A stretch of DNA of 63,704 nucleotides, the filler included, from Choristocarpus tenellus KU-1152 (taxonomy: Eukaryota > Protista > Phaeophyceae), in assembly GCA_964200185.2 (NCBI GenBank). It is 9 parts of 9 records of this genome, joined end to end, with 100 filler letters (N's around TTAATTAATTAA, not from the genome) between each part and the next. Parts side by side here need not be neighbours in the genome. Positions count along the whole stretch, not along the records: positions 11,928 to 16,895 come from CAXNAD020012337.1; positions 16,996 to 26,453 come from CAXNAD020003659.1; 7 more parts are not named here. One strand, given 5' to 3'. Positions 11,928 to 24,000 of this stretch are shown here, piece after piece (position 1 is the first letter of the stretch; every line of letters begins with the position of its first letter). Below the pieces are notes generated by a model. It was not told the DNA's origin and did not search any database. It was given only the letters and a program-made list of their open reading frames with translations. The translations under genes and the position numbers were made by a program.

Positions 11928-12452
11928 CCATCTTGGTCAGTGTGATTTCTGAAAGTCGCCCACTACATGCTGCCACCCCTAGGCCAAGCGTGTGGCCATG
12001 GGCAAGCTGATTGTCGATGTCCTCCCAGAGCCCTTGCAAGTAACGCTTGGACACTCCAAACTCCACTGCGAGGGCTGGCCCAATGTGCTGCGGCAGTTTA
12101 TGCTCACCAGGGACCATCGTGAGGGCGTGCCACACTGCAAGCGCGACCCTGGTATTCAGGGACACTCGGGCACCCTTCCTACGTGGGGTCCCCTGGGTCG
12201 ACTGGGGGGTTGCCATGCCAACGTTCTGACCCTTGACGTGCCCAGTTCTGGCCTCAAAATCACCCGAAAAGAGCCCTACTTTGACGGCTTTAAGCACCTT
12301 GAGTTTGTATCTGATGATCCTCGACCCCCACCTTTTCCGAAAGCTGAGATTGTCAACCCGATTTCATTCTATGGGGTTATCATCCAATTCGGCGCTGTTC
12401 TTGCTCGGCGATCTCAGATGTTTGACGGCGCAAACTTACAGCACAGAGGTAG
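11928..12452 (-). mobile_element. 5' end of a third plant-type mariner element with transposase N-terminus (HTH region)
   Basis: Minus strand TA|CTACCTCTGTGC TIR (TA at 12453-12454). ORF ..KLPQHIGPALAVEFGVSKRYLQGLWEDIDNQL.. resembles RLPRSAGSKLVKEFGVGER of the 4659 element. Confidence 0.75.
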
Positions 12453-13258
12453 TAGTCAATAGTTTTGATGAGACGTCTTGATTTCCTGCCCTGGGTGCTA
12501 TGTTGTTGTCCTCCATGGTTGGAGGCGTTAGAGTTGACTTGCTCAATGTACTGTGCACAATACTACATAGACCTGAAAACCACTAGACCACTGTCTCAAC
12601 ACTGGTCAAGTCACCCACAGTTTTCAACCTCTTCTACCTGCCCATAGGTGGGATGTATCCTTTTGTGCCCAGCATCACACTCACGTCCCACTTTCAATGA
12701 TTTCTCTTCCCCCGAGATACCTTGTACGTATTGTGAAAGGATGGCTTCTGCCATTGGTTACTAGTGGGCCCACCATTAACTGACCACACATGGCTATGTA
12801 TGAAACACTTCCATATGAACATTCTCTGCACTCAGGCGAGGCAGATGGCACATTGCAAGAGTAGGTTGGTGCAGGGTGATGTAACCGCTGATTCCCTGGC
12901 TCGCTTCATGCCGATATCAATCTCATTCCTCTTGGTATCTTTCCTGTGAGCATACGGGTAAGAAGACACTCCTTTCTTCACTGAGTTCTTGAGGCCCCTT
13001 TTTACACTACTCAGGCTCGAATCTACAGCGATTAAGTTGCCAAATGTCCCCATCATCTTGTAGTGGGGGAGAGAAAGATTCAGAGAGCAACATAGTCTTC
13101 TTGGACCATTGCAAAGATGACGAGCCAGGTGTGAAAAAGGAAAAGAGTGAATATTTCAACCCATCATCATTCTATTCTGCCACTCAATAGATTCAGTGTC
13201 AGGTTGAGAGGGCAAATATTCCTAGGTCAATGATTTTCCACGTTGGTATGCACATTTA

Positions 13259-14619
13259 ACAGTATATCCGTGAAATCAGGAACAGATTATGAGATAAGGA
13301 ATGAAAAATATTTCGAAACCATCCTGCAGGCCGCCGATCTTTGTTCTGATTCTTGAAATCGGAACATACATGGCTGTTATTCCAACGGGCACGGGTTAAC
13401 CTTGGAAATCGGAACATACTTGTCTGTTGTGCTAACAGTGCACGGGGTCACTTCGAAACACTCCGATTATTTTGACTGTTAGATATTCCGAAAATGGCTT
13501 CAACGTGCCGGTTCCATAAATCATAGGGAAGCTTTCAAGAAATATTTTAAATTTTCGTTCTGGTTACGATTTCAAATAGGAACGTTTATGGTTTATCAAT
13601 GTTGAACGGATAGACTTCGGACCATTCCGACTCTATTTAACTAGTAGTCTACTGTGAGAGTACGGTTCTTGCCTGGTAGTCTTTTACCTGTTGAGGAAAA
13701 CCGGTGATTCAGTTCAAAAAACAATCACCCAACCTGAAAATCTGACGGATAGTTTTTTTATAATCGAATTTGAGATTCGTTGGCCTGTTTGATTCCAATG
13801 ACCGAGCCTTTCACCTCACAAATCGAAACAGCCATCAAGGCAGCCGATCAAAAATCAGGTGTTGTAGATGTCCTCTACTGCGAGTGCTTCTTCAAGAAAC
13901 AAGCGTTCGCCGTGACGGTTGTTAGCTGTCCACCTGCGGGTCATGCGAGTACCAAAACAAAATAGTGTCCCCTATCTCCTGAAGTTCAGGCTAGCGAGAG
14001 ACATCGTAGCAGGAGAGGAATTGCTGCATAACTATTTCTTTCCAGGAAGTAGGGCAGGTGGTTCGGAAAGTTTGGATGATGAGGATGAGGATGAAGAGGA
14101 ATCATAGTGATGGAGAGAACACAATTTACGCTGACATATATGACAGTGAGGGGGTGGGTGAAAAAGCAAACACTCAGAATATTTGACATACTAGATGGAA
14201 CGTGGTTTCATTCGTCGTTTATACTTCATGCAAGGAACTGCTGCCACTCGATTGTGAAATATGGATGCTCACCGCAAGCTTTCAAACCACTACTACTACC
14301 GACTTCCCATCGTCAGTTGGTCGTCTGAACGCTTTATTAACAAAAATATCGGTTATCCCCTTTTTCTTTCGCTGATTGCAAGCTCTCACTCCACAAGTAA
14401 CAGCTTTAAATTTTTGGCGATTTGAAAGCTTTTTCACAAAAATATCGATGAGCTCTCCCTCTTGTGTTCGCAAGCTTTCACTCCAAAAAACTGACGAATT
14501 CAAGAATCTGGCCATTTGAAAGCTTTCACACTGAAATTGATCGGTGGCCTGCAAGATGGTTTCGAAATATTTCTCATTCCTTATCTCATAATCCGTCCCT
14601 GATCTCACGAACATACTGT
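13259..14619. mobile_element. Non-autonomous TIR element (~1.36 kb) with ~80-bp TIRs and TA flanks
   Basis: TA|ACAGTATATCCGTGAAATCAGGAACAGATTATGAGATAAGGAATGAAAAATATTTCGAAACCATCCTGCAGGCCGCCGATC matches the reverse complement of about 14539-14619, followed by TA. Subterminal direct repeats GAAATCGGAACATAC (left) and AAGCTTTCAC (right). Confidence 0.85.
13780..14107 (+). pseudogene. SET-domain-like C-terminal fragment with acidic tail, inside the TIR element
   Basis: LKFRLARDIVAGEELLHNYF matches the SET C-terminal signature A.RDI..GEEL..(D/N)Y, followed by DDEDEDEEES*. A frameshift near 13960 separates it from ORF 13780-13965. Confidence 0.5.
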
Positions 14620-15108
14620 TATTTCCAGTCCAGGTAAAAATGTTACTGCCCTGCCTACCTCAGAATCTGAGGTGCCCAATAAGTCTGCACAAACTGGTTC
14701 GAGCACAGAAGGAGACGCTCTCGCTTTCCTGCCTTTCACCTCGATAATGACCAGACCAGTCACATCAAGTTCGGCTGTGGCTTCCATCAGATCCCCTAAC
14801 ACCTTGTACGTGTCAGTTGCAATGGGTCTCAACGTGACAAAAAAACCCTGAGGTTGTGTTGCCATCCTTCTGAAGTCGTACCAAGTCGCCACACCTGCAA
14901 ATCCGGGTTGAGCTCCTTCATGTAGTTGTAGTGCGTGCAATGCTGCTTTTTCACGACTTGTGATGAATGACCAAGGTGTGCCTACTGGTTCTCCATAGAT
15001 GGTGAGCGAATAGTACCCAATTGCATCCTCAGATGTGGACAATTGGCCTTTGTCTCCCCCAACCTCATCCATGACCTCCATAACCTCCAAAGCTTGGGTA
15101 TCTGCACT

Positions 15109-15286
15109 GACTCAAAGTATCTGGGGGGTGGCGGCTGTCCATTTGGGGTCAATTTTTTTCATATCTCTATTTTTGGGTGATTTGGTTGCATATGTCGGAT
15201 GGATAATGTAAATGCACGTTCCCGATTTTGACCCAAATGGACACCCTGGTGTAGAACCCCCCCCCCTCTCCCAGATACTTTGAGTC
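15109..15286. mobile_element. Complete 178-bp MITE with 3-bp TSD ACT
   Basis: ACT|GACTCAAAGTATCTGGG ... CCCAGATACTTTGAGTC|ACT. Confidence 0.93.
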
Positions 15287-16761
15287 ACTCAGGAGTGTAG
15301 TTGAAGCATCTTGGGTAGGTGTGAAGTTGTACCGATGGCGTTGGGGTTCAAGAGAACAACAGCCAAATACCCACATGTGCGATGGCTCTCCCTCTTCACC
15401 ATCTCTCCGTGGTGGGGAACGAAAGGTCAATAGATTGGAAGGGGTTGTGGATATGTATGAGAATTTCTGTGTAAAGACTAGTTGCCAGGGTTAGCTCGAC
15501 TTTGAATACACCCAAAGGTTGCAACCAGTGTCTCATTTCGACCTTCTTCCTCAGTCGTAACACTGAATTTATTGAGCCCAGAGTGGCCTTGTGAAACCCA
15601 GATTGAAATTTCAAAGGAGTTGAATTTTTTTGCCATTGAGTTTAGCGAGACGAAACTGAAATGGAACTTTTCATGCGTATTACGGTACAACTATTGTTAC
15701 TGTCGTTTAACTTTGGTGGGGATCCTATTGAAATGAGATTTTTTTTCTCAAGTAGCGTCATGTGCCTGTACACGACCTGTTGGCTCCTAGGATGTGTCAT
15801 CTTGTCACTCTGTGACAATGATGACGCCTGTTGGGTGTTTTATGGGCTTGATTCGATTTGTTTTGTGTTCACCTGTGTTTTTTTCCATACTGGTTCTTCT
15901 ACTAATGCCACAAGCACCACAATACTGGTGATAATAAAAAATATATTACGTATAGAGAGTGAGTGGTGTTGGATGAATGAGAGAGGTGTCAGGTCAAACA
16001 CCAACACTCACTTTGGAAAAGACCGATCATCATCACCAAGCGTCTGACAAGACGAGGAATCAACATGCATGCTGTAGTGGTTCTAGCAGTAGCAGCAGCA
16101 GTATTGGATACTCTTTACTAGTACTGCATGATTAACGCTGAGAGAAAGGACGCACAGGGTCAAAGTACTCGCTGTTGGCTGTGCCGATACAACATTTTGG
16201 GAAGAACAAGAATAAGAACTCACCGCACAACAACAAGAACACCAATAAGAAGGGCAAAAACAATATGTCTGCACCTAATTCCACCTACTACTGAAAAAGT
16301 ACACCACAAGAAATCCGAAGAGCTTGTGTGCAGATACACCAAGAATCTGAGGCAACTCACCGTAAGGAGAAAAAGAGTATTTAATACAAAGGACCACTAA
16401 TAGCAATCACAACACCGCTTACGACACAGGGAGGGAAGGGGGTTTAAAAACTATTTTTTGTAGTTAGGTGATTGTGTTGACCTCCAAAGTACAAATGGAT
16501 TGTGAATACGAGAGGCCGACAAGGAAAACAGTAACATGAACAAGATGCATGTCATACATATTAACATCACTTGGTTGTCTCTACCACAATGCTAGATTAA
16601 AGTGCCCTATTGAACAAGTTCAGAAGTAGAGATGGTGTTGCAAACATTGATTGCAAAAGGTGATCTACGATAAAGATAGAAACGGCAGGTCCCTATCCGC
16701 CTATTTTCTCATGCTCATAGTCGGTGGATTGTTCACATAGGCACATGCGTTTTGTAGTAAT

Positions 16762-16895
16762 GGGTCGAAGTATCTGGGGGGGGGGGGAGGGTCTACACCA
16801 GGGTGTCCATTTGGGACCTGACCATAGGAAGTGAACTTACACTATCCATCTGATGTATGCAACCAAATTACACAAAAATAGTCACATAGAAAAAA
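16762..16895. mobile_element. ~180-bp MITE family, truncated by spacer
   Basis: AAT|GGGTCGAAGTATCTGGGGG..GTCTACACCAGGGTGTCCATTT... Confidence 0.88.
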
Positions 16896-16995
16896 NNNNN
16901 NNNNNNNNNNNNNNNNNNNNNNNNNNNNNNNNNNNNNNNTTAATTAATTAANNNNNNNNNNNNNNNNNNNNNNNNNNNNNNNNNNNNNNNNNNNN
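16896..16995. other. Artificial contig spacer
   Basis: 44 N + TTAATTAATTAA + 44 N. Confidence 0.98.
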
Positions 16996-17667
16996 GGTGC
17001 AGGAGGCAAAATATCGACACCAGACATGCCCGTACCTGCCCCAGGGCAGGAGGACAGGTACGATAGCACACACCCATGGTGAAACGCCTAAGCCAACTAT
17101 GCAAGGGGATAAGCATCCCTTGCAATACGGAGGATGGTAGCCCTTTCACAGTGGACAGGAATCTCCGCATGGATAAGATGTTTAACGCAGGGGCACTAGT
17201 GGATGCGGGAACAGCTAGCTCCCTACAGGGACAAAGGTCTTCTGCTAGATGTCACCTTCGCAGAGGTAGAGGCAACCTCCCACATAACCCACTCATCCAC
17301 TAGCAATGGTGTAGCTGCTGCTGCAGCCGAGGCACAAAAGAGTATCCACCATGAGGGCTCCTTTGATCCTCGTAGTTATAGCCTCAACACCTTCGTGGTG
17401 GAAAGTTTTGGGCGCCTCGGCAAGCAAGCAGAATGGTTCCTGGATGAGCTGGCTACTCACATGGTGGGGGGGAGAGGAACTGGAGGATTTAGCAGAAAAA
17501 GAGTAGTTAAATCCCAGCTACACCAAATTGTCTCGGTGACTACGCAAGTGGCGCTGTCTAAGCATGCCATGCATTTTAAGCTAGAGTCACCAGGGAGATG
17601 GGCACGGAGGGGTTTATTGGATTCTTGGGATACCTTCCTAGCTCCTCCCCCTGGGGCGCAGGAGTAG
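16996..17667 (+). mobile_element. 3' end of an RLE-type (CRE-like) non-LTR retrotransposon: Zn-knuckle remnant and restriction-like endonuclease, degenerate
   Basis: C..RHARTC, LRMD, LLLDVT, AAAAAEAQK..H, FVVESFGRLG, LHQIVSVTTQVALS are PD-(D/E)xK RLE motifs. A stop at 17064 and a frameshift near 17220. Confidence 0.8.
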
Positions 17668-17982
17668 GTAGATTGGAGGCACAGGAAGGCAATATTACAA
17701 TATTGATGGTGAAGTAACAAGTGCGAAAAATTATAGTGTTTTATAGTGTTTTTCACAATTATGATATTTTATTTCTTTAGGGCTTATACTGACATGTATA
17801 GTTTTCATTTGTTCCCCCCTGACACATCTGGAAAATGTCAGAGGGCATAATACTATAATTATGTGTATATGTGGTACATATAGATGATAAACTGTCAATA
17901 AAATATAATATTCCTATTCGGAAAAAAAATCCGCTACAAAAATAATAAAATCAACACAACTATCATTCTTCCAAAAGGGAAA

Positions 17983-20240
17983 GTTTATGAAGTAGTCTGA
18001 GTTTTGTGGGCGGAAGAATTCTGGTTGGTTGGGGGCACAGGGCAAGGAAGGGGACAGGAAAGAAATAAAAGTATTAAGGAGGGAACGAAGAGTTAAGATT
18101 AAGTGGTTAAGAAAATAGTTGGCAGACGGAGGCACAAGGGGAGAAGGAATGAACAGTATTGAATCGGATGAGGAAACCTGATGCTGGGGGATAAGATGAG
18201 GAGGCTAGATCAAGAGGACCCCCGAGCAAGCTTTCCTGCCCACCCGCCCTGTCGCTTGCTCTCTGACTTGGATCTCAGGGTGGGAGGGGAGGTCAAGTTC
18301 AGGCGGGGTAGATGTCTTCTAGATCAAAGGCACGGTATGAAGGGGATGATGAAGAGGGGTTCTTGGATGATTGTGGAGTGGTGTTGAGTGGTGTTGAATG
18401 ATGTGGTGGAGTGGAAAGTGGGGTGGGGTTGACTGGAATGGTAAGTGGGGTGGGGTTAACTGAAGTGGTAACTGGTGTGGGGTTGAGTGGGGTTGAAAGG
18501 GGTGGTAGAGACTGGAAATCAGTGGCGAAAGGGGTCGCACTGGTTGGTCATCGGATAGGGGGGGTGACTGGAAATTAGGGGCGAAGGTGGGTTCTCCCTG
18601 GTTGGTCATCAGATGTGGGGGTGACTGGTTATCAGGGGCGAAGGGGGTTCGCCCTGGTTGGTCATCAGGTGTGGGGTGACTGGAAATCAGGGGCGAAGGG
18701 AGTTCGCCCTGGTTGGTCATCAGGTGTAGGGGGTGACTGGAAATCAGTGGCGAAGAGATCACACTGGTTGGTCACAAGGGTTGTTAGAATATGGGGAGAA
18801 AAGGGAATAGGGAGGAATACAAATGTAGGATAAAAAAATAATAATCCAGAATTCGTGAGCAAAACAAAACATCACATTATGAGATGAAAAGACCTATTCC
18901 AGTTGTTGAAAATCTGTTGTCCACTAGATTGGTTCTTTTATATTATATAGATACAAGACAGTTTAGAAATAGTTCTGAAAAGAGCTGGTCAATATTTTTC
19001 CCATATTCGGTGTTTTTTACCCTCATTAGACACATCATCACAACAATTTTTTATGTCTAACTTAGACACCTTGCTGCTGGTGGGGGATTGGTGGCTGAGA
19101 AGAGATTTGATACTATAACGAGGAGGTGGGTCTGTTTGGAACTGGATGGAAATATGTAAGTAATTCGATGCATGTTTCATTTATTCTTCAAAACACATAT
19201 TATGATACCAAAGTCACATCTACCCATATATATTTCTTATCAAGGTTCTTCCAGGTCCGAAATATTAAATAAAATATTGTGATCTTATTGGAAAAAAAGA
19301 CTGCTGAAAAAATGAAGAGATTACCATTCAAGAATAAAAATATTTGTTGCAGTTGTTGAAAACTCTTCATGGAAAAAGTCATTGCTTACCATATATTTTA
19401 AATATGAACGAAAACTCTCCATAATTTATAAATAGTTCAGAAAACACCTGTTACTTCTCTCATATTCACTGTTTTTCACCTCCAAGCTCACGTTCAAAAT
19501 AGTAAATACACGATAACAACCCCTTTTTGTTTTGCTCACGAATTCTGGATTATTATTATTTGCTTATTCCTTGTTTGCCATTCCTCTGTTGTTCTCTACT
19601 CCTCATTCGATGACCAACCAGTGCGAATGCCCTTCATCACTGATTGTCAGCCATCCCCCACATTTGATGACCAACCAGTGCGAATGCCCTTCATCACTGA
19701 TTGCCAGTCATCCACCACATTTGATGACCAACCAGTGCGAATGCCCTTCGCCCCTGATTGCCAGTCATCCCCCACCTTTCAACCCCACACAAGTTACCAC
19801 TCCCCTCAACCCCACAGCAGTTCCTACACCACTCAACATCATTCCACAATCATCCAAGAACACCCCTTCATGATCCACTTCAAACCGTGCCTTTGAGCTA
19901 CAAGACATCTACCCCCCCACCGGAACTTGACCTCCCCCCCCTTACCCAGTGTTCCCGTCGTTCGTGAGCAAGCGACAGGGTGGGTGGGCGGGAGAGCTTG
20001 CTCGGAGGTTGCCTCGGTCTCCCCTCCTCGTCCTGTACCCCTGGTTCTCTTCCCTTTTATCAATCACTGAATGCTGTTTCTCCCTTTTCTACCACACTCA
20101 TTTCCGTTAACCTTCTCTTCCCTTCCATAACTATTCGTTCTCTTCCTGTTTCCTTCTTTTTCTTTCCCCTGCCCCCATTTGTCCTGTGCCCCCAGCCAAC
20201 CAGAATTCTTCCGCCCACAAACTCAGATTATTTCATAAAC
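17983..20240. repeat. Inverted pair of diverged ~720-890-bp repeats (17983-18869 / 19525-20240) with internal ~57-bp minisatellite
   Basis: GTTTATGAAGTAGTCTGAGTTTTGTGGGCGGAAGAATTCTGGTTGG pairs with CCAACCAGAATTCTTCCGCCCACAAACTCAGATTATTTCATAAAC. ATAATCCAGAATTCGTGAGCAAAACAAAA pairs with TTTTGTTTTGCTCACGAATTCTGGATTAT. About 5 versus 3 copies of the GATGACCAACCAG..CAGTCA unit. Confidence 0.85.
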
Positions 20241-23200
20241 TCTCGCATTAATGACCAACCTTTAAAAAAAATATTTCTGAGTTCTTTGATACTTGGAATA
20301 TAGATAAGAAAAAATATGTTGTGAACAAGAGGTTTTTAAGAACTAGAATACATATTCTCACTACTAGTGAATGTGATGTTTTTGGAAAGATAATTATGGT
20401 GATTCTATAATATTGAATTCTATCTGGATAGGAACATAATATGTTGTTGACAGGTTGACATCTACAAGAACTTTGTTGCATATATTCTGACGCAGTCATA
20501 AAGTCAATAACAGAACCAAGTGCTAGAGAAGGACATGGTTTGAAACTAGGACTCACTTCAACAAGGTCATCACCAGCGACAAACTAAAGTAACCATGACA
20601 AATTCCATTTCAGATCTGTCTCACAAAACGGAACGGTCAAAAAATGTATATTTCTAGGAAGTTTCCTACAGAGTTTCAAAAGTCCAAACTAGGTTCAAAA
20701 TGTTCGCTCTTAAAGATAGCACTTTAGCACCACCAAATTTTAGATGACTTTTGGTTGATTACATACCTATTCAACAATATTTGTGTTACAAATCTTGTAG
20801 TGTTACGAATCGATCTCATCCATCCAGTTGACCTCATCGTGATTGATTGTTGCCATTGTTATCATCATTGTGGTTATTCCTCCAATAACTGCACCATATG
20901 ATGGATCACAATGCTGGCAGATGAGCACAATATCTTTCTTCTATAGGGTCCTCGAAATTAAACAGAATGAATACACACATACCCGAGATCGTGACAGTTT
21001 GACCTCGTTTTGGGCCTGAGCACCACACCAGCGATGTAAGCCCCTTGCAACGAAAATCCTTCTTCTATCTCACTGCCAATCAAACCAATGAGATACAAGG
21101 ACAATTGGGGAAATGTATTATGTTTGAAGTCTCGAACCGACCACTCCTAGGACGTTGTAGATCTCCAACAACGGCACAAGCCATTCATAATGCCTGAAAT
21201 TGGAATTTGAAGGGAGTGTGTGACACACGCAACTCCACAACAGGGAGAGCTCCAATGCGTAACTTTGCCCTAGCCTTGCACTAGTCGTCAATCTTTATTC
21301 AGTACTTAAGGAAAAAATTTGGTGTTGTACGCACAGCAGAACGGAGCTAGGGACCACGGCTAAACATTTGTAGGAATTATGAAAATTACGCCTTGTACAT
21401 TTTTAAAACGTTTTGAACCACATACTTTAAATTGGGTATAACTGCATGACAACAGATTACCAGCTTGAACATATCATATGCAGCATTGGGTACTTCATGT
21501 ATTCTAACAGGGACAAAAGATTATATGTGCCACAATATGCAACTAACCACATCCCAGATACTTCGCAATACAATGGTACTTCTGGCATATATTGCCTTTG
21601 TTAGAATGTACCGAGCATCATCCGTGGCCCAATCTTGTCAATTCACGATATCGTAAGCAGGCACCACAGGCACCCCAAAGTGATTCATGACGCCAGAGGC
21701 CCTCTCATTGAGATTCTTCACCCCAGAGTTTCCGAAAAAGCCTAGTGGCATGAACAGGAAAGTGATTCATTCTGAGACAAATAATCAAGGCTAAAGATCG
21801 AGTTGTCTTCACACAGGTTCTTGTGGTATTATGTACAGTAGTAGTTAATTATCACATTGTACCATGCTTCTTATCCTCTCCTCTCAGATAAGCAGTGGTG
21901 ATCAAGGGGACAATTCTGGAAGGGTACGATGTATGTCTGAGTTCAGGGATTATGCCAATGTATCTCACGGCAACAATGTAATCAAGACATTTTCTGATGT
22001 ATGCCGTAGTTGAACTGTGCACAGGGTAGTAACTGAAAACTAATTTATATATGACAAGAAAAAAAGCATTATGTCCATACAGTACTGATGTAACGTTATT
22101 CTGAATTAGAACAAAAATTATCCTCCTTTTTAAAGTTAAAGGAAGAGCTCTTCAGTCACACTTGTTCTGCACACCTCACCTGTCAGCACTTGTGCTCTAA
22201 CCCAAGTCATGGAGCTATCACATCTCGGTGGGGGGTGTCCTTGAGTATTTGGGGCCCCTGTGACTCCCTTCTGATTTATATGCTTCCATCTCTGAAGGGT
22301 GATTTTGCGCTCTTGTGAACAAACATTTGTAATATCATTTACAGCCACAGCCTCCAAAGAGGTTACTTACATTTGGGGTATTGAAATAGGGTATCTGACA
22401 GAAGGTTTTAAAGAACTGAACACTGAAGTGGGCTGAAGTAGATCTCCCTCTTAGATGGGACGACTCCAAGGTAGTTACAGGGTATAGATTTTACGACTGA
22501 AACAATATAACACCTCAGACTCACCTTGCTCACATATGTCAGCAGCAGTGCGGTTGTCTTCTACCTTCAAGAACTTGTTTATATCTGGGAGCTTGTCAAT
22601 CCGCCGTGGACCAACAGGATAGGCAGTTAGTTGCATTGGAGCTGGGTTGCAGAGTGGAAGGTTAAGAAAACTGTTGTGTATTGGTCCCTGCAGTACTTTT
22701 CAACAACCAACCCAAATACTGCAAAGTGTAGTGCTACTGTAACTCTAAAAAATGGAAAGGGCACAGCAAAGAAGTCAAAGTACTTAACTTTGAATGCAGA
22801 GTACGACCCTTGTAAAAGAATGAAAAGGCTGCACGCCTGACTGCCCAACTGTAAAGTTACGGTACCCATGCATACCATCCATTTACAAAACAAAGTACTC
22901 ACATAGGCGACACTCAAAGGTAGTCGTAGTTGGCCTATATACCCATCGAATCATACCATGGAGTACAGTGCAGTTTTGAAGAGTAACATTTTATCAATTT
23001 AGGAACACAGTTGTTGAGCAGTCTCTCACGTCCTAGTTCAACAAACAACCAAAATTTCAAACCACACATTGTTCACTTCCTCTTGGTATTTAGTACTTCA
23101 AATTGGTTGTTATTGATACTACTACGCTATTTATATACTTTATACTACATACACACATATATATATATATATCTTTATTCTCTACCTCGCCATTTTCTTG

Positions 23201-23541
23201 CACTTGTGGATGAGATGAGTATCTCCCTTGTTGTATTTCTTGACAGCTGTCAGGCAGTCACCAGTGAATTTGTTGTCTGCTACGGAATGTGTGGTCATGA
23301 ACGCCTCCCCTAAATAGCCTTGACGTCGCGATTTGTTTTTCCTGTAGACACTAATTGTAGTTCCAGGTAGGCCTCATCGTGCAGCCATCTGCGTTTGGTT
23401 GTACCATAGACAAAATAAGACACAAAGGTGGTCAAGACCACCAGTACACAGCATACCAGTCTTTTTCCTCTCAGTACTGTACAGTACAGTGCATACAGTA
23501 TATCACAACAAGTTTAGACGACTGCACTGTACGGATATAAC

Positions 23542-24000
23542 GATGCCCTGCGCAGCGGGATCCAGCTGTAAACATACAGGGTAATACTCCTGGTCCGCCA
23601 CACTATACATGCCGTAAGTGTCGCGTTTGTAACGACTATCTTCATGGCATTTGCGGCGTCGTGGATCCTTTTGGCGCCAGCGAAATGAAACGCGTGTGCA
23701 AAGAACAAGGGCAAGGGGAAGGTGCTGCCAAATAAATTTACGGAGAAAGCCTCGTCCTACAAGCCTCGCGGTTCCTACAATCGTAAACACTTGAGCTTTG
23801 CAGAGAAGATGGAAGTGTTGATACTCCTGAAGACCATTACGGGAACTGCGGTTGCTCAAAAGTTTGGAATCGGTCACAGCACCCTCTACAAGTTGAAGAA
23901 GGAGGCAACAACTATCATGGAGAAAGTGCGGTCTCTGAGGCCTGATGCAAAGTCTACGAGGGGTGCCAAATATGTCGAGGCGCGTCAGCGCGTGGATTGA
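23542..24000 (+). pseudogene. pogo/CENP-B-like transposase N-terminus (Cys/His finger + HTH-psq), degenerate
   Basis: RKHLSFAEKMEVLILLKT..AVAQKFGIGHSTLYKLKK..RGAKY is a CENP-B/Tigger-type HTH. Upstream CRKCRVCNDYLHGICG..RVC is in another frame. Confidence 0.65.

Larger units (their letters stand above)
12760..15690 (-). pseudogene. Long degenerate ORF of unknown function, interrupted by two TE insertions
   Basis: Removing the MITE (15109-15286) and one ACT TSD joins ..QDASTTLLS to ADTQALEVMEVMDEV..AVTFLPGLEI (14621-15108). Further fragments at 12832-13056 end ..SPCTNLLLQCAIC. Confidence 0.35.

Noticed and set aside
18319-19967. Pro/His-rich repetitive ORFs (HLMTNQCECPSS..)
   Set aside because: Translations of the 57-bp minisatellite. 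The unit length varies on the other arm and frames are not conserved.
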